Shown: piece after piece, positions 59,101 to 64,000 of the stretch
Position numbering within the stretch: position 1 is the first letter of the stretch
How the letters are laid out: each line of letters opens with the position of its first letter
Assembly (NCBI GenBank): GCA_963668025.2
Contig: CAXXTH010000021.1
Span: 1-64,000 of the forward strand
DNA length: 64,000 nt
Origin: Candidatus Hydrogenedentota bacterium
Lineage (GTDB): Bacteria; Hydrogenedentota; Hydrogenedentia; Hydrogenedentales; SLHB01
Direction: 5' to 3'
Made by a program: the position numbers and the translations under genes
The notes under the pieces: generated by a model
What the model saw: the letters and a program-made list of their open reading frames with translations, nothing else
What the model was told of the DNA's origin: nothing
Database searches by the model: none

Positions 59101-59408
59101 GCCTCGATACGCCGCCCGGAACTCTTCCGGAGGGAATGGCGGTCATTGGCGGAATAGCGGAGTTGGAATGCACCTCGCCAAGTGATGTTTCACAAGTGAA
59201 CGTGTCGCTGGCCATACCGCCCGGCGCATGCCCGAAAGAGCAATATGGCAGCCTGAAGTTATACGCTTACAGCACGGATTCGGGGTGGGTGGAATTGCCA
59301 GGCCAGGAATGCGATGCGGAGGCGGGCATTTTGCGCGTGACCGATACCGCGCCGAAAACATACGCTATATTGGGTCCATCATCTTTGGCGGGCGCTCCCA
59401 CGGAATAA
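56151..59408 (+). CDS. Secreted penicillin-acylase/S45 (Ntn-hydrolase) family protein with duplicated C-terminal domain
   Basis: Signal peptide; RDEWGAPHV, GYAQAQD, (S)ANTWA...NPH, YADRDGNI, NPPAGY, SPHYADQ. Confidence 0.85.
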   Translation: MMKQLRIYLLITVAALCSPLPGAAQTPDDPVELWRHATIYRDEWGAPHVYGETVRAMAFAFGYAQAQDHLREMLLAYRMADGRLAEALGPEQAPSDEFALRMGHAELAAKAYASADPVTRDLCEGFAVGVNAYLVEHQEQAPEWADGMKPEDILALMHCYLMSFAPFDLPDAYHRPPAARSANTWAIAPQHTPDGKALLVINPHTDYFGLFQWYEAHLSAPGYEISGATLFGLPVILQGYNNVLGWGLSPNAPDTADVYMETPPQLQVDPKSLSPENMDQVLAVQLANIPESKIYYVSGAEGLQKRSVSYRINPRGPVVAWVNGKAQTLRAGGYREFGAIKQFYEMGAAQGLDAFQQAMAMQQIPCFHVVYADRDGNIYYLYNALVGIKDTSNPQPVQEGAHPTEPIIIRDWTKPVPGGDPDFDWHGMLPFAQLPSLLNPPAGYVQACGAPPWQVSPGAPLDLSQWPSSIGEEPDTFRARRVRQLLGFGARSFTDMQSMVFDVVAPFALDAVPHLLDIAEQHPDWVSSGHPDLPVGLDVLRNWNKVAEPNSPGMTFFHLWWAAYKKLAPGISDDTVLGNAFLADQQNPLLAIQAASQASLLLRNEYQSLTVAWGDVHVAQRGGQIVPVAGASSGQPIFVSSDDTFKSSRWFATYGYAYASVVQFGDQPHAVSMVPFGASEDPESPHYADQLPFLVERRFKPVYTAEMDVLQHARSAFGRVLQLRAAGVPGRFLVRAEDSVEASISVSAQPPAPIPESLAPYSLFIRAEQKPADVAASIDIELSVPPEACPEEAFSRLMVYGYESGAGWQPLQNQRANPQNRSLVAKDRGLRTYAVLGPSASAPALAAPRAGNAAALAKRLVPGQPLVPNTAEPENAAPVPGEEAPPQPSTAQPPVPAAPAIPGATSPDAVPEAPGAPVAPAETAVPGAPAAAEAATPDAGESAIPKTDNKVAVAWGRSLELRPAGEGSRIQIIAEKNMGARLARLDTPPGTLPEGMAVIGGIAELECTSPSDVSQVNVSLAIPPGACPKEQYGSLKLYAYSTDSGWVELPGQECDAEAGILRVTDTAPKTYAILGPSSLAGAPTE

Positions 59409-59423
59409 AGTATATGCCTATCC

Positions 59424-59446
59424 GTAGCATGGGCGTCCCGCCCATG
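59424..59446 (+). repeat. REP hairpin (GTAG-CATGGGCG family)
   Basis: GTAG followed by CATGGGCG-TCC-CGCCCATG. Confidence 0.7.
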
Positions 59447-59470
59447 TCCCGGTCCGGTTCCCGTGTAACG

Positions 59471-60496
59471 TTATAGAATCAGCATCACATCGCCGTAGGA
59501 ATAAAAGCGAAACTCTTCGCGTACGGCGTACCGGTACGCCTCGATGACGAATTCCGTGCCTGCGAATGCGCATACCAGGGCGAGCAGGCTCGAACGGGGC
59601 ACGTGGAAATTCGTCTGGAGCGCGTCCACGCCATGAAAGGCGTATGGCGGGTAAATGAACCGGTTTGTGGTTCCAGAACCCGCTTGGAATCCGGTTTCTC
59701 CTTGGCATTGGGTCTCGAGGACGCGCGTACACGTGGTGCCCACGGCAACGATGCGGCCGCCATGGGCGCGGGTGTTATTCAGGAGAGTGGCGGTTTCGCC
59801 GGACATCTCGAATACTTCCGGCTCGAGCTGGTGCGTCTCGATAGTGTCTTCCATCAAAGGCCGGAAGGTGCCGTATCCCACATGCAGCGTCAGGAAGGCC
59901 TTGCGGACGCCTTTCTGTTCAATGCCATCAAACACCTGTGGCGTAAAATGCAGCCCCGCCGTCGGCGCGGCCACGGCCCCTTGCGTTTTTGCATATATGG
60001 TTTGATAGCGCTCAGTGTCACGCGCATCGGCGTGTTTGCGATGAATATATGGCGGCAAAGGCACTTCACCCGCCGCTTCGAGCCGCGCCAGCATATCGGG
60101 ATGATTAAATTGCACGCGCCGCCGCCCTCCGGGAAGCACATCGGCCATAATGGCGGATATGCCTTGGGCAAAATGCACCGGCGTTCCGGGCCGCACGCGC
60201 GCGGAAGGTTTCGCCAAGGCTTCCCACACCCCCGGCGCTTCTTCCCGAAGCAGGAACACCTCGATTTCGCCCCCAGTTTCTTTGCGGCCATGCAGCCGCG
60301 CGCGAATGACGCGGGTGTCATTGAGGACGATGCAGTCGCCTGTCCGCAAATACGACGGCATATTGCGGAATACATCGGCCCGTATCGTGCCGGATGCGCG
60401 GTCCAGCACCAGCATGCGCGCCGCATCGCGCGGCTCGCATGGCTCTTGCGCGATCAAGCGCTCCGGGAGTTCATAATCAAGTTCAGACGTTCTCAT
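59471..60496 (-). CDS. queA: S-adenosylmethionine:tRNA ribosyltransferase-isomerase
   Basis: LPERLIAQ.P, NDTRVI.ARL, PLPPYI, AAPTAGLHFT, HVGYGTF, TNFH, FYSYGD. Confidence 0.98.
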   Translation of the reverse strand: MRTSELDYELPERLIAQEPCEPRDAARMLVLDRASGTIRADVFRNMPSYLRTGDCIVLNDTRVIRARLHGRKETGGEIEVFLLREEAPGVWEALAKPSARVRPGTPVHFAQGISAIMADVLPGGRRRVQFNHPDMLARLEAAGEVPLPPYIHRKHADARDTERYQTIYAKTQGAVAAPTAGLHFTPQVFDGIEQKGVRKAFLTLHVGYGTFRPLMEDTIETHQLEPEVFEMSGETATLLNNTRAHGGRIVAVGTTCTRVLETQCQGETGFQAGSGTTNRFIYPPYAFHGVDALQTNFHVPRSSLLALVCAFAGTEFVIEAYRYAVREEFRFYSYGDVMLIL

Positions 60497-60647
60497 GGCG
60501 GGATACGATATCATCCGCAGGCGGTTTCTGCAATGATACGGCAAGGATAATCACACAAAACAATATCCCAAGTTGGCCTCAAGTGGTTTCATACGGTGTA
60601 ACTGCAACCACGCTCCGGATTTCATACCACGAAATACACGAAATTTA

Positions 60648-60925
60648 GTAACACTTTAGCGGACTGAAGCAAGAGCTGCTTTTTTTGACATGATTTACAA
60701 GATGGACAAGATTGGACAAGACCGCCAGGGTTATTTGCAGATTTGAAAATTACTCTGAAAAGTGTCCGGGCGCATTCTTTTGTGTAGCAAAATTGCCATC
60801 AAAAAATCTTGTCTCATCTTGTAAATCATGTCTAAAAATGAATGCCTCCATCATAGGCGGTTTATTATGTATTCTCAGTTCAAAGACCGTCCCGATGTTT
60901 TTACTTCAGTCGGCTAAAGTGTTAC
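60648..60925. mobile_element. 278-bp MITE-like element with 25-bp TIRs and internal GACAAGATT palindrome
   Basis: GTAACACTTTAGCGGACTGAAGCAA (60648-60672) and TTACTTCAGTCGGCTAAAGTGTTAC (60901-60925) are 23/25 inverted; inner arms at about 60680-60720 and 60805-60838. Confidence 0.8.
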
Positions 60926-61042
60926 GAGATATCAATGCTTTATGAATGTGGGTAAAATTCCAAAGAAACTCATTCATCCTAAACATAACCATCTGCGTGT
61001 CAAAAATATGTCAAATTCGAGTAATCTGTATTATGCTATTAG

Positions 61043-61996
61043 TTAATAGAGAGTAATGCTGTTAGGATTAATATTTTTCTCAATTCCAGGGTGCAACCAG
61101 AATTTTATACATGATCTCTTAAATCTATCTATAATTGGACTGCCTGCCAAACCTTCCCAATTATATTTATCGAACTCTCCCTTGTCCATATAAATGATAA
61201 CCCCATTATTTGAAGAGTCTTTCCCATATGAGTCTGTGAATGTGCATTCCTTATAGTACTGAAACTGGGAAACATATCCCGATGCAAAAAACGTTTGACC
61301 CATATTAACAAAATCGTGAATGGTTTCCTTCACACACATCTCAATTGTCAATTCTGTTGTTGGTTTCTGAGTCACCTCCAGTACACCATTATGGAAAAGT
61401 ATCTCGTATTCCTTATCGTCTGGAAGAACTGTTTTGCTGAGCATCTTTACTTCTTCTTCATCGGTGAATGATTTCGTTTCTCCCGTGTCAAATAAGGTTG
61501 ACGGATTTTTCAAACCTGAAAAGTGGATCCATCGAATATCATCGATGTCATACGGCTTAACGAATTCGAGGTAGGTTCCCGTTAAACCATCTTTGGTGAT
61601 TCCAGAGTATACGAGTTTCTCTCTCGTATGGATCTGGGCATTATCACCATTCCATGTTGAATAGCCACTCAATTCACCTCTCACTTCGTAAATCACTCCC
61701 TTCTTCAAAGACTTCCATTGATCGGGATTTTCAGCAGCCTTCGGACTTTGTGCTTGTGCTACTTTTTTACTACTGTGTTTCTCTTCTGAACTAATGGCAG
61801 AACCAATCATACCGACTAAAAATATCGCTCCGAAAAAGATACAGATAGCTTTAACTAAGTCCTTACTATGTTTTTGTTTATGTGGTTTCAAGATAGTCAA
61901 TGGCTGTCCACAATGATTGCAACTTCCCTTCATGCCTGCATATTCATCAGGCACTATCAATTCTTTTCCACAGTGGTGGCACTTTTGCTTAATCAT
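61043..61996 (-). CDS. Low-GC hypothetical protein: N-terminal zinc ribbon, TM, extracytoplasmic domain
   Basis: CHHC...CNHC; TM AICIFFGAIFLVGMIG; GAAGGG RBS; visibly AT-rich. Confidence 0.75.
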   Translation of the reverse strand: MIKQKCHHCGKELIVPDEYAGMKGSCNHCGQPLTILKPHKQKHSKDLVKAICIFFGAIFLVGMIGSAISSEEKHSSKKVAQAQSPKAAENPDQWKSLKKGVIYEVRGELSGYSTWNGDNAQIHTREKLVYSGITKDGLTGTYLEFVKPYDIDDIRWIHFSGLKNPSTLFDTGETKSFTDEEEVKMLSKTVLPDDKEYEILFHNGVLEVTQKPTTELTIEMCVKETIHDFVNMGQTFFASGYVSQFQYYKECTFTDSYGKDSSNNGVIIYMDKGEFDKYNWEGLAGSPIIDRFKRSCIKFWLHPGIEKNINPNSITLY

Positions 61997-62153
61997 GGTT
62001 TTTTCCCTTCGAGTTTACTTACCTCCGTTACGGAGTATTGCAACACCCCAATTCAATAAAAGCAATACTCGAAACAATTTATGACAAATTAATGAAAATA
62101 AACAGTGTGAGGCAAGATATAATAGGTAAGCTGTTGAGCATTCCATGGGCTCC

Positions 62154-63206
62154 TCATCCGTATTTATAACGCGCCGCGCATGAGCCTTCGCCCGACACCA
62201 TGCAGGGGCCCAGAGGATTGCGCGGCGTACAGGGCTTGCCGAAGAGCGGGCATTCGGGCGGATGAATCAGGCCCTTGAGCACTTCGCCACATCGGCATCC
62301 CGGCAGATGAATGGGCTCCAGCTCTGGCAAGCGGTAACGCAAGGCTGCATCGAATGCATGCAGTTCTGGCCGGAAACGCAGGCCGCTGCCGGGGATGGTT
62401 CCCAGGCCGCGCCATTCGGCGTCCGCCGGCTCGAAGGCCCGCATCAAAACGTCCCACGCGCGGCGGTTGCCCCTCGGCTTGACGGCGCGCGTATATTGGA
62501 CGAACGACCCCGTCCGCTCCTCGAGCAAGCACTCGAGCAGCATGGCGATGCCCTCGAGCACGTCGGAAGGCTCGAATCCCGTGGCCACGCAAGGGATGCC
62601 GTTGCGCTTGGCAAGATTTTCATACGCCTCTGGCCCGAGGATCACCGTTACATGCCCCGGCGTGAGGAAGGCGCTGATATGGGAAGCGCCCTCTAAAACC
62701 GCTTCCATGGCGGGCAGAATGAGCTTGTGCGAGGCGTAGATCGAGAAATTCGTGATGCCTCGTTCCTGGGCCTGGAGCGCGGTGGCCGCCACGCCCGGCG
62801 AGGTCGTCTCGAATCCCACGCCGAGAAACGCCACTTCCCGCTCGGGATTGGCCTCGGCGAGGGCGAGGGCGTCGAGCGGCGAATAAACGACCCGTACATC
62901 CGCACCGTTGGTGCGTTCGTGTTCGAGCGAGGAGGTAACGCCTGGTACGCGGAGCATGTCGCCGAAGGTGGCGATGATCAGGCCGGGGATCCGGGCAAGA
63001 AGCAGCATGCGCTCGATATCACGTTGTGAGGTGACGCAGACCGGGCAGCCGGGGCCGGACACCAATTCAACGTTTTCCGGCATGAGCGTGCGCAGGCCCC
63101 CGCGTCCGATGGCATGGGTGTGGGTGCCGCAGACCTCCATCAGGCGGACGTGGCGGCTAATAGCTTCCGCCGCACGGCGCAGGCGGTTCAGCGGCGGTTC
63201 AGGCAT
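62154..63206 (-). CDS. hypD: Hydrogenase maturation protein HypD
   Basis: MEVCGTHT, GPGCPVC, GFETT, PGHV, GPCMVSGEGSC. Confidence 0.97.
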   Translation of the reverse strand: MPEPPLNRLRRAAEAISRHVRLMEVCGTHTHAIGRGGLRTLMPENVELVSGPGCPVCVTSQRDIERMLLLARIPGLIIATFGDMLRVPGVTSSLEHERTNGADVRVVYSPLDALALAEANPEREVAFLGVGFETTSPGVAATALQAQERGITNFSIYASHKLILPAMEAVLEGASHISAFLTPGHVTVILGPEAYENLAKRNGIPCVATGFEPSDVLEGIAMLLECLLEERTGSFVQYTRAVKPRGNRRAWDVLMRAFEPADAEWRGLGTIPGSGLRFRPELHAFDAALRYRLPELEPIHLPGCRCGEVLKGLIHPPECPLFGKPCTPRNPLGPCMVSGEGSCAARYKYG

Positions 63207-63435
63207 CGGCGTTTTCCGTATCCATGCGATGGACATCCGCAAACAGCCGGAGCGTTTCCTCGGCGTCCTCGGGGGCGAGCTTCTCGATGGCGAACCCGGC
63301 ATGGACCAGCACCCAATCGCCCACCTCGGGGGCGTCAATGAGGCTCAAGTCCGCCTCGATGACATTGCCCTCGAGCTCGATGCGGCCGCGCATGCCGTTC
63401 ATTTGTGTGATGCGCGCGGGTATGGCTAAACACAT
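63199..63435 (-). CDS. hypC: Hydrogenase assembly chaperone HypC
   Basis: MCLAIP, VGDWVLVHAGFAI. Confidence 0.97.
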   Translation of the reverse strand: MCLAIPARITQMNGMRGRIELEGNVIEADLSLIDAPEVGDWVLVHAGFAIEKLAPEDAEETLRLFADVHRMDTENADA

Positions 63436-64000
63436 TGCAGCCTCCTGGCGGCCACCGCCGCTTGTCCCAAGCAAATGCCCCCATCGCCCGCAGGCGTATC
63501 GGTATTCAAGAGTATCTCGAAACTGTCTTCCGCCAGCAGCGGCATGAGCCGTTCCGTAAGGAAGGCGTTGGCGAAGACGCCGCCCGACAATACGGTGGCC
63601 GAGATGCCGGTATTGTCGCGCACCCGGCGGCAGATGTCCAGCGCCAGCCGGGCGGCTGAATTATGGAATCGCGCCGCACAAATGCTTGGCTCCACCCCCC
63701 GCCGCAGGTCGTTCACTATACCTATTACTATGTCCGCGCCATGGACCACCCAAGCGCCCGCCTCATCGCGGCTGGTTTCCACGGGATACCAGCCCGTCTC
63801 GTCCGGCTCTTCACTGGCCAGCGCTTCGAGTTCCATGGGGGCCTGGGCATGGTAGGTGTTCATATGACAAACACCCAGAAGCGCGCTTGCGGCGTCGAAC
63901 AGGCGGCCCATGCTCGAGGTGAACGGGCAATTCACGGTGCGCGCCAGCAGGCTGCCCACGATGTTCATTTCTTCTTGGGCAAACCCCGGCATTAGCTCCA
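63426..64000 (-). CDS. hypF: Carbamoyltransferase HypF, C-terminal part (runs off window)
   Basis: TSSMGRLFDA, ARFH, LSGGVF.N, P.GDGGICLGQ. Confidence 0.95.
   Translation of the reverse strand, partial: ELMPGFAQEEMNIVGSLLARTVNCPFTSSMGRLFDAASALLGVCHMNTYHAQAPMELEALASEEPDETGWYPVETSRDEAGAWVVHGADIVIGIVNDLRRGVEPSICAARFHNSAARLALDICRRVRDNTGISATVLSGGVFANAFLTERLMPLLAEDSFEILLNTDTPAGDGGICLGQAAVAARRLQCV

Overview
GC-rich bacterial chromosomal window from an LPS-producing diderm. Gene order and repeat style suggest Candidatus Hydrogenedentota or a PVC-like lineage (inference only). Most of it is housekeeping: pgi; rimP-nusA-infB-DUF503-rbfA-DHH-truB-ribF; htpG; a DUF3299/MacB-type ABC locus; rsmE-queE; GH31; Sfp-type PPTase; pepF-HIT; aroE-MoxR-DUF58-transglutaminase; nadC-birA-coaX-(LptC/LptA-like fusion)-lptB; tRNA-Gly/Lys/Leu; tig-clpP-clpX-lon-engB; lpxA-gnnA-like-lpxB; a penicillin-acylase-like protein; queA; hypF-hypC-hypD. 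The standout is an accessory block at about 32.15-39.03 kb. Five co-oriented ~74-bp palindromes built from GCGCAAAG octamers bracket three separately inactivated copies of a GxxExxY nuclease-fold gene and two orphan cargo genes, in a cassette-array-like layout. One GxxExxY copy is split in codon 2 by an IS200-type element, which itself carries an IS1634 in its left end. Related tandem-unit palindromes (8-10-nt units), a MITE with 25-bp TIRs, REP-like hairpins and an ISAs1 element are scattered through the intergenic spaces. All coordinates and family calls were read by eye; no searches were run.
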